From Octopus vulgaris (taxonomy: Eukaryota): a stretch of DNA of 64,000 nucleotides. The translations under genes were made by a program, and so were the position numbers. Below are positions 43,261 to 57,760 of this stretch, in pieces (position 1 is the stretch's first letter; each line of letters starts with the position of its first letter). The DNA is taken from contig OX597814.1 of assembly GCA_951406725.2 (NCBI GenBank), positions 88,660,001 to 88,724,000 of the forward strand, in the 5' to 3' direction. The notes under the pieces were generated by a model, which worked only from the letters and a program-made list of their open reading frames with translations, was not told the origin of the DNA and searched no databases.

Positions 43261-43463
43261 CAGTAATGATTACTTTCGTTTATTCATTACTGATCTGTTG
43301 CTAAGACCGGTCGTACAAACAGGAAAGATTCCCTCCAAGCTAATTGAGAAAACGGTAAAAACCACACATCCCTTAAAAAAAACGGCTCTTATGCAGGCTG
43401 AAACTCCGATCATGTTCATTGAGACGGCGAAGAAGAATTTCTTAAAAGCTTCAGAGAGTGAGG

Positions 43464-43524
<61 letters not shown>

Positions 43525-43545
43525 GAGGGGAGACAATGAGAGTTT

Positions 43546-43559
<14 letters not shown>

Positions 43560-43577
<18 letters not shown>

Positions 43578-44040
43578 AACGGCAGTTTGTCTGTCTGTGT
43601 GTCTGTGTGTCTGTCAGGTTGAACCCCCACCCTGACCACGGCTTTCAACCGATTCTGATGAAACTTGACACACACGTAGCCCAATGTCATAATTCAAAAC
43701 TAACGCAGCGAAAATTTTGAAAAGTTCCCCCAGTTCTGAAAAAAGAACGATAAATTCGACATGGGTCGAGAATCTAAGCTTTTTATATGCAACACATTTT
43801 CTACAGACTGGCTAGGGGACGCAACTCGACCTTTTTAACTCTCGGAACGTATCCCAAAATGTATAAAAATGTGCAAAAACGGCAAAAAAGCGGGCAGCAA
43901 TGTGAGTGACAACAACGAAAAAGTCAAAAGTGACCAAACTGAACAAACGAATGGAAAAGGTTTTTTGATGCACACGACAAAAGCGGTTTATAATAAACCA
44001 AGAGTTTGCAAGTAGCGTCCGAGGACCTTTAGGGTACATC
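43560..44040 (+). mobile_element. Probable non-autonomous Helitron-like fragment
   Basis: tatatataaa..gtttgtctgtctgtgtgtc....tcaaccgattctgatgaaacttg resembles common invertebrate Helitron 5' ends. No clear 3' CTAG hairpin. Confidence 0.45.
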
Positions 44041-44909
44041 AAAAATTTAAGGTAAAACGTTTGGGGTAGTAGTTATAAAGAAAGTGTAAACAAAAAAAGT
44101 ATTCGAATAACTTGCGGCTGCAGCAGCTATTAGCAGAAGTGGCGGTGTTGGGGGTAAAGTCACGAATGTAATTTCTTCCTGGTAGGAATTGGTTGGGTTG
44201 AATTATCGATAGCTGTTTGATAGTTATTTGGGAGTGAAGAGAAGACATTGCAACCTACATATGTATATATATGTATGTATACACACTCATATACATGCAT
44301 ATATGCATATACATAAACATATATATATAAGTACGCACACACATTTATAGAACAATATACCTCATACCACCTAACTTTATGGTCTTATATATATATATAA
44401 ACTTACTGTTAACAAAAGTCGGTATGCGTGGCGTTCAATTATTCCATAAATGAAAAATGCATTTAATACTACAAAACGTACACATGGGACAGACACAAGG
44501 ACCCTAATCTTTCCTCAGTTATCGACCAAAAATAGTAATACCCAGTTTCGTGCCTTTATATGTATATCAACGTGAGCGCGTGCGCACACACACGTGGCAG
44601 TAAACGTCACCAAACTATATTTCTCACAATGAGAAAACATTTTCCCTTCATGTGAGCACTTGAAATACAGTTTTCCAATAATTGTAAATGTTGTTGTTGT
44701 AAAAACATACACTGTTAAATTTTTTTTTCCTTTTAATTCTCACAATTAAGTGAAAAAAATATTCAATTAACGTGAACCACTAACTTGGAAGACAGATACG
44801 CCCCCAAACAAAAAATTCTCACAATTAAGTGAGAAAAAATATTCACTCCACTGCAGGTAGACCAGAATTTAGAATCCAGTAGGACTTCCTGCTTGTACAA
44901 AAAAAAAAA

Positions 44910-46030
44910 TTGCCGCAAAACAAAAAATTCCATCTGGACCCAAGAAAAAGAATCTTACCTTACAATGATTGTCCCTTCACAGCACTCAGCCTCTCGTGCC
45001 GAGAGACGCGGGCTACCAGACAGGAAGTCCCTAAGGGCCTCACCATGATCCAGCTTTTTGCTCCTCCCGAACAACACGGCAAAGTGCTTGTAAAGTGCCT
45101 CATACATCTCGCCCCATCCGTCGACCGAACTCCCATTATCGTCAATCAGAGACCTAATTGTGGCATTATTGCCATGCTGGGTTTCTACCGCACGGGCAAT
45201 CCGGCAACATTAATTCCCTCACAGCTCAATGTTCGCACTTTAGCACGAACTCTACATTCCTCATGTTTGGCTTTGAGGTGACGGTTCAAAGCCGTTCTCG
45301 CTGCCAAAATGTGGGATGCGGAACCCAACCTCAACGCCTCTTCTAAGTCCTTAACTAGTTGCCCTTCTATTCTGGCATTATCTAGTCTTAGCTGACGGCT
45401 AAACCTAACAGGCTCAAAACGAATGGCTTTCTTGAGGGCGAACCACCATCTGTTATTAACCACGGAGCCGGTTAACGCCCTCTGTGCTATTTAGTAGAAA
45501 GGATGCGGTATGCCTCGCAAGTCAAAATATACTTGTTCAGCTTCAAGTAACCGGATCTGCTCTTAACTGTACTGTCTATGTTCAGCCTACACTCGACCAT
45601 TCTATGGTCAGTGTAGGACAATTGAACAAGCTGTGGACAACTAACGCTAGCCTTATCTCTAGATCTCGGACACATCTATGCTGTCGTCTGGGGAGTCGTG
45701 TTTTTCTTTGCACTGGGTGCCTCAGATACCAAGGGGGTGGGGGATTTTGTTATTGTAGGGGCTTGTGTCTGCAGGGGTTGGGTCGTTTTGTCTTCGTGTT
45801 TTGGGACTGGCACCGCAACTGAGAGGAATGTTTGTCTTTGTAGGGGCTGGTGTATGTGTAAGCTTGGGATTGTTTTCCCAATTGTAGAGCCTGGTGGCTG
45901 TAAAAGTTTATCATTCTTTAGTGTCTCCTCCTCCTTCTTTCTCTCCTCACTATAGAGCCGGATGTGACCCTTCTTTCCACATTCATTACAGGTGAGTTTC
46001 TTCCTCCACCTGTATTTGAAATGTTCTCAC
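44910..46030 (-). mobile_element. L1/Tx1-clade LINE, internally deleted
   Basis: ORF1 knuckle TCNECGKKGHIR (~45955-45995); APE end SCPQL..LSYTDHRMV...GYLKLNKYIL; post-APE NNRWWFALKKAIR. Confidence 0.8.
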
Positions 46031-46149
46031 CCTCGAGAACATTTCTATGTCTCACCGGAAGACATTTCTATGTCTTGTTACTCAATACTTTTGTAAAGAA
46101 CAAATTTGTTATTCTACGGGAGTCCGATAAATTCAATTAGGGTAGTTGG

Positions 46150-47600
46150 TAAACAGTCTGTCTAGCATTTTGCATTTATAATATATGGATTTATATTTTA
46201 GTCTTAGATTACATTGTCTGTTCTTTGTTTGTATCGTATGCTTTGTGAATACATTAGCTGAGTTAGATTTCCTTTTTAGTCATACAGGATTGCGCTGTTT
46301 ATCGGTGTCCATGTAATTTTCTAGTCCTCGATTACCATACCTTCTCATAGTCGCTGTCATGTACCGTGCTTAGAAATAATCAACATTCTGAAAGTGTATA
46401 TTCTCATGTATATTCTTGATGGAAGGCATATACACTTTTTGAGAATGTGTGTGTGTGTGTGTGTGTGTGCGCATATTTATTCTAGAAGAATGTTGTTGAC
46501 AGTGACTTCGAATTTTCGGCCAGCTAAGACACCGCCGATTTTTGTGAAATGTTTCTTCTCAGCAATAACATTTTGCTGTTCAAGTTACATAGTTGAAGAC
46601 CTAAAGTTGAAAATATTTACCTGCAACCAGATTGTATTGCTCCAGCTCTTAACGATAATTCCCCAATGTGATTACTAACTTGTACAGTAAACAGCTTAGG
46701 GTCTCATGCATTCTAAGTTTTTTGATGAAATTTTCTTCTATTTAGTCAATTTTGTAGAATTCTGGTTGGCAAAGCTCTTGTAGATAAAATATATCAAGCA
46801 GATAGAGAATCACTGCAAAATAACAGCAGTAATTTAGAATCAGAAAAAGGGAAACAAATAAATATAATAAGTAAATGTGAGAAGAAATCTATTCTCGTTA
46901 TATATAAGGAAATAACAGTATAAACAGGACATCAGCTGTATAAAAATAATTGATGTATTTAAGAACAATAAAAAATAGAAAAACAAAAAATAGATCTCTA
47001 AAACATTCTGAAAGAAATTAGATTATAAAAATGAAAACTACTCCATGGGCAATATTCCACTTGGTTCGAGAGAGAAGAAAGCCAAACGCTGAAAGGTTTT
47101 GGGCTTGAAGAAGATTTGATACTAACCTCCCAAGAGCAATGTCAAGTCATAAACAACAACAAACAAAAATACTAAAAGCACATGCTAGCATCATATGCAG
47201 ATTATTCAACAAAATTACTAGAATGGTGAACAACATTTCCAGTTGCTTTGTCCTTTCCAAATCCGCATGCGCATAGAAACGCTATCACATCGGCAGCTAT
47301 GTCCACTGAGCAATATGCCAACGTTTCAATGTGAAAAGTTGACAAGAGAAAGGTATAAGCATGGACCAAGCACGGTACATGACAGCAACTATGACAAGGT
47401 ATGGTAATCGAGGCTTAGAAAATTACATGGACACCGATAAACAGCGCAATCCTGTATGACTAAAACATTGCACAGAAGAAAGTGAAGAAACCGTTGAAAT
47501 ACAATTTTCTCAAGCTGGAATAAATAGGAAGTGGAGTATAAGAGTTAAAAGAGAGCCAGAAATAAATGGAGTGCTATGTATGATAAATCTATCAAAAACA
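46150..47600. mobile_element. Old R4/Dong fragment (plus, 46690-47600) with an inverted piece at 46150-46371
   Basis: LHGQY at 47041, degenerate CRL..VNNISSC, AILYD, NIAQKKVKKPLKY..W..P.INGVL. 98-bp inverted duplicate at 46274-46371 / 47368-47465. Confidence 0.65.
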
Positions 47601-47654
47601 ACCGTAACAGCTTCATAAACAAAACAACAATAAACAATAACAACAACAATAATA

Positions 47655-48103
47655 ACCCTTTCTAGTAAAGGCACAAGGCCTAAAATTTGTCGGAGGGCTA
47701 GTCGATTACATTAACTGGTACTTATTCTATCGACCCAGAAAGGATGAAAGGGAATGTCGACCTCGGTGTCACTTGAACTCAGAACATAGGACAGACGAAA
47801 TGTTGCTTCGCATATTGCCTAGTATTTTAACGATTCTGCCAGCTCACCGCCACAATAGTAACAATAATGATAATAATAATTCTTTCTACTAAAGGCACAA
47901 GGCCTGAATAATAATCCTTTCTGCAAAACGGACAAGGCCTGAAATTTTGGGGAGGGGGATAGTCGATTACATCGACCACAGTAGGCAACTGGTACTTATT
48001 TTATCAATCTCGAAAGGATGAAAGGCAAAGTCAGAACGTAGAGACAGACGAAATGCCCTTTGCATTTTACCCGGCATTCTAACGATTCTGGCAGCTCACC
48101 GCC
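47655..48103 (-). mobile_element. Two Meta-domain-like SINE copies
   Basis: Family homology. Confidence 0.85.
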
Positions 48104-48128
48104 TTAATAATAATAACAATAATAATAA

Positions 48129-48199
48129 GTACATACCCAAGGCGCACAGAGCTGCGCTCGGTAGTGAAGTGAAAGCACGATATATAAAATATAATACTG
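48129..48199 (+). mobile_element. 3'-terminal tip of Dong family 2
   Basis: acatacccaaggcgcacagagctgcgctcggtagtgaagtgaaagcacg matches the reverse complement of ~13742-13790; sits in (TAA)n. Confidence 0.9.
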
Positions 48200-48215
48200 A
48201 ATAATAATAATAATA

Positions 48216-48274
<59 letters not shown>

Positions 48275-48278
<4 letters not shown>

Positions 48279-48832
48279 GCCCTGATGCAGTACCAGGCAG
48301 TGGCTCTCATGCCTTCTGATCTTAACTGATTGAAATTGTTATCATGTACATTGTTTTGTCTTGGTATAAAAGATGGGCTACAGCAAATATTCTGCTCAAT
48401 ACCACAGATTTGCTTGTCAGTTGTTTGACCTTAACCAGTTCACCATGTTCCTCAGTGGCTGACGATATGTGCATCTCTGATCACGAGCAGAAGTAGTGGG
48501 GGAGCATCATAGCTATGTGTTGAGAGGAATTCTTTGGGGTTTGGATAATTTACCTATGGAAACATGGGTGGTTCGTTCAACATCCTTAAAAAATCCTTAT
48601 TCAGGGATCTTTTGAGCGTGATGGGCTACTCGACCTGAAGAAAATTCTAACTGGACCCCACCTTCAAGGTCGTGCGCTGTTTATCTTGATATGAGATCAC
48701 CATGTCGCGCATATTTGGCTGTGATGCATGTGCCTGGTGTACCCTTATCATTCGGGTAGACATGATGGGTATACTGGGCTTCGTATATTTTCCCCCAGTG
48801 TCATTTTGCTGCCATGCACTGCTCTCTCACTC
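48275..48832 (+). mobile_element. ~558-bp (TAA)n-targeted element, full length (copy E)
   Basis: aaatgccctgatgcagtaccagg...gctctctcactc(aat)n. Confidence 0.9.
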
Positions 48833-48854
48833 AATAATAATAATAATAATAATA

Positions 48855-48913
<59 letters not shown>

Positions 48914-48924
48914 TGTATAATATT

Positions 48925-49790
48925 TACTGCATATTTGGAAAAAATCTACTGGAAATACTGTTTATAAATTCAGCTAACGTTTAAAAGTTGGTATGGAATT
49001 AGAAAAAAGCGCCGAAACTATTATAAAAAGAGTTACACTAACTAAAACTGAGAACATATAATTAGATACAAACAGTTGAATGAAGAATTAGAGCGGAACT
49101 ACTCATACAAATACTTGTAGATTAAACTGAAAAGGGAATTAGAAAAATAGTACTATAGAAGATTCACATTAGCAACAAAAACAAAGAATGAATTGAACAC
49201 TGTTAAAAATAGTGAGTATAAATAAGCTTAATAGTGAGTATAAATAATAGTGAGTATAAATAAGCATTTAATATCTAGAATCTAGAATAATCTAGAATAA
49301 TCTAGAAGTTAAGTGAATTGAAGTGATTGGGTAGAAATGCCAAAGCCAAGAAGCTACTAACAGTATTGCAAAGTCACCATCCAGTGCTACACCGCAATAA
49401 AGCACAAACTGGAAAATAACAATAATAATGAAAAACTTTAGGTGAAGATAAAACAATTTTTTTTAATTACCATTTTCAAAATTTTCCTTTTTCAAGACAA
49501 AATTCCAAAATATACTAAAGAAAGAAAAAAAAATACGGAGAGAAAATCACTGCCTGGACAATACCGCACAAGACTTGATAGAGAAGTAAATCCAAGTGAA
49601 ATCCAAAGTTGACTGTGATGCTCTGTGTTAAAAACCGAAGAAAAAGGTCCGCAAAACAGTAATACTTAGTTGTAAATAACAACAAACACAAAACGCCAAC
49701 AAGAAAATGCAGCCTGTTAAACCACCATAACGGAACGATAGATCATGTGTTAAAAGCCGAGGAAAAAGGTCTGCAGAAGAGTAATAATAT
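48925..49790 (+). mobile_element. Old R4/Dong fragment
   Basis: Degenerate late-RT region (..MELEKSAET.., ELE..YSYKYL) directly after (TAA)n. Confidence 0.55.
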
Positions 49791-51140
49791 TTTCTTATAT
49801 CTACCCCAAAATTATGAACGAAGAAGCTGACCTCGGAGGGAATTCAACTAAGTATATAAAAAAGTCGGAATAAATATACCGAAAAGTATCGTGTTCGAAT
49901 CTCTAACGATTGTTTCGAATCGTAAGCGATCGTTTCTAATAAAAAACAAGAAATTTGGAGGATGAAATGCCAAGTTGACCTAATAATAAATACTGATAAT
50001 AATGTTGATGATGGTGGTGATGATGACGACGACAACGAGGATAACAGCAAATAACAACTACAACAATGCTGCAACAACAACAACAACAACAATAATCTAT
50101 TCTGATACAGAGACAGGGCCAGGAATATAGGGGTCGATTAACCGATTACATTGTTCCCAACACTCGACTTCTACTTATTTTGTCGATACGGAGAGGAGGA
50201 AAGGCAAAGTCGACCTTGATTCGGTTGGAATTCAGAACATGAAGACAGAAGGAATGCTATTCACGTGTAGTACTATCAACCTACCGACCGAGTCCAAGAA
50301 GATTACTTTTACCTTGAAACCTCAGGATTTTCAGAATAGCACTGCTACTCCGCCACCCGCATTCGACAGACTACAAGATGCAAATATCTCATAGTCGCCT
50401 AAAATGGGAGCCAACGCATGCCTTCCACCCACCATCTTGCTGATGGCTACCATATCTACAATGAGTGATCGTTGATCAAGTTACTCTACTTCGAAACCGT
50501 ATTCAGGCCCCAAAGATTTACATCGCCTACTCTAAGTATAGCAATTTAGGTTAGGGAAAAGAAAATGAAGTTATTTACGATCGTTTTCGTGGAGACTGTT
50601 CAAACAACCTTCTTCTTGGCTGAGGCGGAAGTGGGGAAAGGTTTCTCTTTTAAGCTTTTCTTTAGTACTTACTAAACCCTCTGATGTCTTGGGCAGTTTC
50701 TCTTTTAAGTTCAGATACGTATTCCTATCGGCTTTTTTGTTAGCATTCTCTCTGATGGTGTTTTCGGGAGGAGTTCAGCAACACTTTCCTCACTTGTCAG
50801 GACGATTTTGTTGTTGATTACTTCTTCAATCAATTCGATGTTGCTATTCAGAACAACAGTGAAGTTGATAAAGGAAGTAACTACATGCGTGTGTGACTGT
50901 TGGTCGTTTTGTTGTTCGCATGCTTCTTTTTGTTTTCGTAATTTTATTTTCGTTTATGGTTGTGCAAGTTAGGGTAAAAGTTATGATGAAGGTGTTGATG
51001 TTGGTGTTGATGCTTTTGTTTGATTTTGTGATGGGGTGTCTACATTACCGTCATATCTTATCGCCTTCAATTTGGGTTGGCTCTATTTATTTAGGTTTGA
51101 ATTTTCCTATTATCCCTTACAAAGGCCTTTTGGTGCGATT

Positions 51141-51212
51141 AGAAGAAGAAGAAGAAGAAGAAGAAGAAGAAGAAGAAGAAGAAGAAGAAGAAGAAGAAGA
51201 AGAAGAAGAAGA
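51141..51212. repeat. (GAA)n microsatellite
   Basis: Direct inspection. Confidence 0.98.
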
Positions 51213-51449
51213 CACTATCACTTCCGTAGAATGGCTCAAATAGAACAATCTTCACGCATAACTCACATCCTATGCAAAACACATCTAATTTTCTCGACCA
51301 AGACATCATACACAAAATATAGTGTACAGGATTGAAGTCCAATAAAATAAAACTAATATTACACACATCACGTACAATAGAACATTCACTAATGTAACAA
51401 AAAACAAGAAACTAAACCTCGTAACGAAACAAACTACGCTCCCTCCTCC

Positions 51450-52940
51450 AATCCCCACAAAAATAAAATCACCATACTGAACACACCTAGAGTTTAAAGT
51501 AGGTATGAACTTAGAAAAATGTGCCGCACGTACTATATGAATAGATACATTTACTGAAACTGAGAGGATGTGATTAGATACAAACACTGGCATGAGAGAA
51601 ATAGATCAGAATTGATAAGATACAACACACAATTGACAAAAGAATTTACAGCAGAATACTACAGATGATTCATTCCGCATAATAATAATAATAATAAAAT
51701 ATTATTATTATTATCCTTTCTACTGAAAGCACAAGGCTTGAAATTTGGTGCGAAAGGAACTAGTCGATTACATTGACCCCAATATTTTAAAAGTACTTAA
51801 TTTATCGACTCCGAAAAAATAAAAGGCAAAGTCGACGTCGGCGAAATTTGAACTCAAAACGTAGCGAAATACTGCTAAGAATAACGATTCTGCCAGCTCG
51901 CCGCCCTAGGATTGTCACTGATATTAAAAACATAAAAAAAAATAACCATTCAGTGCTAGAAGTAAAATAATGCACGAACCGTCTCAATTATAAACAACTG
52001 TATTGCTATAATATAGCAGGAATTAAATGAATTGAAGTGATTAAACAGAAAAACCAAATAACTACTAACAGTGTTCCGAAACGACCGACAAATGCTCATA
52101 TGATAGAATATAACAACCTCTCACACTAGTACGTTAAATAGACGGAGGGAAAGTTATTAGTGCAATGAGTAAACATGGAATAAAGAAAGCGTAGCATTTC
52201 TCTCTCTCTATATATATATATACGGAAACAATAAAGTACAAACTGAGAACGAACTACACAGAAATTAGATGAAGACGATAAAATGCCAAAATTATAATCA
52301 AAATATAATTCTAAAATATGCTAAAGAAGAAATATAGAAACCGTCCTCTCCGCAGACAATGCCTTACAAGAGTCGGCAGAGAGAGAAGGCAAAGTGACAG
52401 ACAAAAATGGTAATAAAAACTTCTGTATTAGAAGCAGGAAAAAAACTTAAATGTTTAGGACTTAGGTCAAGCCACAAAAAAGTGCAAAAGTTAATTAATG
52501 AAAAACTATGAAGTGATCAAGTATAGATAAAACAGCCAAATTCAACGAAATGATTGATCCATCGTTTCCGAGTGCTCAGTTCTCGCTAAATTCACATATA
52601 ATCAGATACCTTTCAAACCAGTAGCTATTCCCACTGGGCAAGATGTCAACGATACGACGTGAAAGCTAATAAGAAGTTGGAGTAGTATATACAGAACACG
52701 GTACATGACAATATCTTAGTCACAATTATCTGAGATACGCCTATTCAAACTGAAAAAAAAAGGAAAAAACTAGGTCAATGGAAACCTTTCAGATATAACA
52801 ATCAAGGACAACCACTCAACGAAAATATCTGTACAGTAATAGATACCTCAATATCATCTGACCAAATCAAAACCTGAAAGAACGTGAAGTGTCTGCCAAA
52901 GTACAAGGAACTTCAAATTGAAAAAGTAGCATGTGGGGTC
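51450..52940 (+). mobile_element. Old R4/Dong fragment interrupted by a SINE (51715-51905 minus)
   Basis: gtatgaacttagaaaaatgtgcc (LEKCA); similar to 48925-49790 and to 47368 (cacggtacatgaca); aagtacaaggaacttcaaattgaa (KYKELQIE). Confidence 0.55.
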
Positions 52941-55299
52941 TAATAATATTTGTTGGGTGCGTGGCTTATCTTCAGGGTTTCTCATCTATTCCAAGAGGAA
53001 ATCAGTCCCTACCTACTTCTTGTACAAGGTGATAAATTTTGAAGCTGATCAGTTCTATTTATTTTTTATTGAGAGAGAAACTTTCCTTTTGTCTATGTGT
53101 AATATTTCTGTTACTTGTGGGTGACCAATGAGGAACTAATCAGTTACCAGAAAAGGTAACCTCTCCCTGATAATGCTTGTGCAATCCTGTACTTAATAAT
53201 TCAAGGCATAGATTTTTAATTTTTTCCGTGATAGCCAATAGCCAATAGAGTTGTTATTTAGACCATCGTTTAGGAAGTATATCAATAGTCAAAAATGCTA
53301 TATCAGTGACCATCCTGTCATACTTTCAGTAACAGTATATCATGGCCTGTGTAATCTAACATGTTCTTTTTTTCTCTTAAAAATGTGTTTCGAAGGAAAT
53401 TTGGCGGCTATTTTTAGTAGATCGGACAGCTCTTGTGCAGGCTCCCTGCCTATTAGCTCAGCTAATGTCATGCTTTTTGATCTTGCAGTAATTATTTTGT
53501 GTGTGCGTGCGTGTGTGCGTGTGTGCGTGCGTGCGTGCTTGCGTGCTTGCGTGCGTGCATGCGTGCATGTGTGTGTGTGTGTGTGTGTTTGCTCTTTTTT
53601 TTTGTTCTACCAGATGTAGACAATATATTTATTATTGCAACATTTTTTTGTTTTTGTTTCAGTGATGGCGGTGGTTGTTTATATTAACATTATCATTGTT
53701 GTGCAGTAACAACAATGATAATTGTTGCTCTCTGTTACAAAATATCTTTTAGAACATATGATTACCATTTCTGCAATATCAAGGGCTCTTGCAATCTAAC
53801 GCTCGCTTGATATTCATACAAGAATGTTATTAGAAATGCATTCATAGTTTTAGAGATGCGTTCGTTGTTTATTAAAACTTCAGACTCTTTTCTTATCCGA
53901 ACATTTTCTTTCTTTTACTCAGCACTGAAAATCTTGCAAGATCATCACCAGAACTATGAAGGTTGCCTCTGAGTATGGCACTATCTCCCAAACTGCAGCT
54001 GCAGTCCCATGCCTAAAAGAACCGTGACAACTTTGTGGAATTTTCTTCACCTCCACGTCTGTCTGAAACATTGAGGTTTTGAAGTACTTCCATTGACAAA
54101 AATCTCCATATTTGACACTCGATTTGTATCCAACTCTATAATGCATACATTTAGGTAAATCTGCTCCAAAAACAATCTCTTTACCGTCTGTCAAGCTCAT
54201 CACCACGCACTTAAGCACGGAAGATGTGAGCGCATCTGATTACATCAAACCAACAAGGCTACCTGTACTGACAATTCTCCTCCATAACCATCAAACAATA
54301 CACTCTGGAGCTAGCCACTGGTCTCATACAACTTTTCAGTCGCTTTCTTTCCTTCTCCCCAGGGACGCATCCTGATCTTAGCAAACACTATATTGTGTCT
54401 CCATAGTGTGGTTCATTACAATATTTCAGTATTTCCTCAGATACCATCACTAGGGAAACTTTAATGTTTTAAGCAACACCGGATTTTTCAATGATATAGA
54501 TAATAAAAGATGTGATATAATAACATCATTAGTAAACTCTATTTAGATCCTAAACAACCAACACCAACATCTACACGAGCATACGTCACCAAACTAATTA
54601 GAGAAACTCTTCCTCTGATATTGCCTTCTTCTCCAGCTGCCTAGTAACCACATTCGTTTCTCAAACAATTCCCTAACTTCAGTAGCACATTAATGAATAA
54701 TGTAAAATAAAGCAGTTGATAAACTATAAAAAAAAAACAAAACACACATACACAATGGAACAAGTTTCAACAAGAACTAAACTCGAGATTTGGAGAATTT
54801 TACAGAACAGCGTCATAATTACTTGCAATGATTATAAACGCATTAAAAAAACATTCCTTAAAGCAACGTAAAAAATACAACTCAGTTATGCACAAGAAGT
54901 AGTCACCTAAAAATCAAAAGACAGTCTCAAGCACAGCATAACTCTGTATCAAATAACTAGACAAGGAAAAAAATAATAGAAAAATGGCAAATATTTCTAT
55001 CCAACATAAACCACAAAACTAACAATAAAACTGTTATACAGAGCAACAACAACAACAACAAACGCGTTGCCACAGTAATAAAATAAAGTATAGATAAAAC
55101 ATAACATGCCTCCATTGAAATTATATCAGGCATTTCTCAAAAGTTAGCTATCAAACCACACAAAGGCGGAAACACAAATCGAAAAATAACTGTCTTCCTC
55201 CTAACCTGCGATTCCCCTAGCCCGTTTCATTCTACCTGATACTCCGAAATCAAGAGGGAAACCAAAACCTTATGGCTGTAGGGTAACATAAAATTACAG

Positions 55300-56250
55300 A
55301 CATTTAAACTATTAAATTCCTAGAACCTGAAGGCTGGGTAATATCATGAAGATTCTAAAACCTAACAAAAACCTAAGTGCAGAATATCATTACAGATTTC
55401 ATATCAACCCGTTGTTGCGCATACTTAAAGTCTAATCTTTTGACTTTACAAACACGTTTCCCTCTTCAACTCACAACACAGATTCACACCACAACACTCA
55501 CTACTCACAAAATACATGACTTCTACAATGATAAAACCTGCCATGGACAGTAGCAATGCTTTCTAATCCATTTCCTACTATTCACTCATATAAAAATTAT
55601 TGAATATGGCAACATAAAGAAACAACACAAAATGCTAGCCAGCAAAACTCACTGTTCGGTAGCCAAGTCTATGTAGTGTACAATAGCAACATTTTCAGAA
55701 CTTTCTAGAATGCAATTTACCAAACTGAGTATCATGTGGTACACCATTTGGTAAATTCGTCCTCACATCCATTTTGTTTTCCAAGTTACACCAACACGAC
55801 ATCCCCAAACCTCCACAAACCATACAGGTAACTTCACATGTAGATTACGTCACACTTACCTCTTCCCACCATTCTGTAGACACTGCTGCACAACAACTCG
55901 AATACTTCTTAAATCCGTTTGAAATCTGGATCTACAACAACATAAGTATAATAGCACAATCCACTGCTTCCCCACTTACCGGCAACACGAAAGCGCTTGA
56001 GATAGAAGCAACCATCACACTTAGCAACATAAACATAACACATATCCAGAAAGAGGGAGATCGTTGGGACAGGCAAAATATGATTTGTTGCTGTGACATG
56101 TTTTCAACATCCACGGTTTCTGACGCTACTTGAAAAACCACCTCTACACATCTAGGCACTTATGCTTCATCCTCAGAATATCACTACAACTTCCGAAATA
56201 CACTATCTCTTTCACTTACCTTCGATAAATATTAAAAGATGCACACAAAC
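55300..56250 (+). mobile_element. Jockey/I-like LINE RT remnant
   Basis: ILKPNK; HDIPKPPQTIQVTSHVDYVTL corresponds to a degenerate YADD region. Confidence 0.65.
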
Positions 56251-56599
56251 ACACGCACACAGAAATAGTTTTACTGGATCCAAAGCTGCATGAAATACAT
56301 GTCACCAACAATGGGTGTAAAAGGTGCAACATGTGTCACACTCTGGAAAAGTCTACTTTGCCACCTCGGTTGAAAACAACACCCGAATCTACGAATGTAC
56401 AGAAATAGAGTGTGAGGGAAAGAACGAAATATGTCCAGCGCGTCACACTGTACAGAATATGATTCACCATTTCTTCTGAAGTATAGAACATGGTCTTTAG
56501 CTAAACGGAGTGAAGGCCTAGAAGACGGATCTGTTTGTTGTGCCTTGTCACTGGTCGAATATTTACGTGTAGTTACACTGCTCGATTAGGATTAATCTG

Positions 56600-57760
56600 A
56601 AGAAACAAAACATTAAAAACCTTTCAATTATCTTGAATCTTGCCTCTTTCTTAATGACTATCAGTACGTGTTTTATAAATTTAAATCTACGTGGATACCT
56701 CCTTTCCAATGTCATTCATCATCATTAGGCTCTTATCCTTGAGAAATTTGGAGAAAATAAGGTTGTTACCATCGACATAATCAAGTCTTTCACTTGTTTC
56801 TAGTATACAAATTTCCTGTCAAAACTGCCCACATACGGGTTCTATCTGATTCGCTTCACTTCACAGTGGTTACCTTACAGTTCTTTCTTCCATGGAGCGT
56901 GCTGAGGGAGCTCTCTCTAACTCACATACTTACACTTACCAGTAATACTTAATTTTATGCGAATGACACCACATTTACCCCACCTAAATTTCCACGCCCA
57001 AGCGTTATTCACATGCAACCCAGTCACCTTACTCCTATTCTGCTTTGACTGAATGAACAGAAATCCCAGAAACATCCACCACATCCTTCCATTGGTTCAT
57101 GACGATTTTATCCTCTTCTTCTGTACAAAGATACAACTAACTACAAGTATAAAAAAGAAACTCACAGCCCCCTAGATACGAAGAGCGGCAACTAGAAACC
57201 TTGCGTTTACTACAAAAGCTAGATCTCATTGTAATTGAAGATCTGGCAGATACACGCCTTCGACATAGTCAAAACTACATCACAAATACTAGCTTTCCCT
57301 GTGAGAGTCAGAAAATACTCCGGCTCCCAACAATTACTACATCTTTACAAAGGACAAACGAGAACCGCAAAGAAGTATTGATTTCACGCCTTTGTTTATA
57401 CTGCTGCTACATTCAGGGACACTCTAGATCGTTGAGTGGTTTTTCTATATCAATATGAAGCAATCCCCCAACATTCCAATTCCTGATCCACAGACGTATT
57501 ACATTTCTACTCTTCAAAGTTGTTGGTCTCACATGTTACCTCAACTCAGGTTCTGCCGATTTACTCGCTTCTCTTTATCTCGTTATCTATATTGTATCAA
57601 TACCCCCGGCTACACTTTAACCCTAAGATCATTCCTCCCTCTTCTGAAAGCTGACACTTTAGAATTCCCTCTTGTACATTTGTTTTCCCTCTAGCCATCG
57701 ACTTGCAACTGTTCAAGAGGAACATTAACCACATTGATCTCAGCCGCCGGTGAAGAGCAT
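56600..57760 (+). mobile_element. CR1/Jockey-like LINE RT 3' remnant
   Basis: VTIDIIKSF....LSKLPTYG, YANDT (YADDT), C-terminal NSL..FVFP..DLQLFKRNIN. Confidence 0.7.

Noticed and set aside
48275-48305. Resemblance of cctgatgcagtaccagg to U2 snRNA stem-loop IV
   Set aside because: Only about 12 nt of similarity and no other U2 sequence.
32054-49310. Short local direct duplications (32054-32116, 40731-40776, 44736-44845, 49208-49308)
   Set aside because: Ordinary slippage or repair duplications with no shared structure.
50360-50440. HDV-like ribozyme (aggcgacta motif, minus strand)
   Set aside because: Could not build the nested double pseudoknot.
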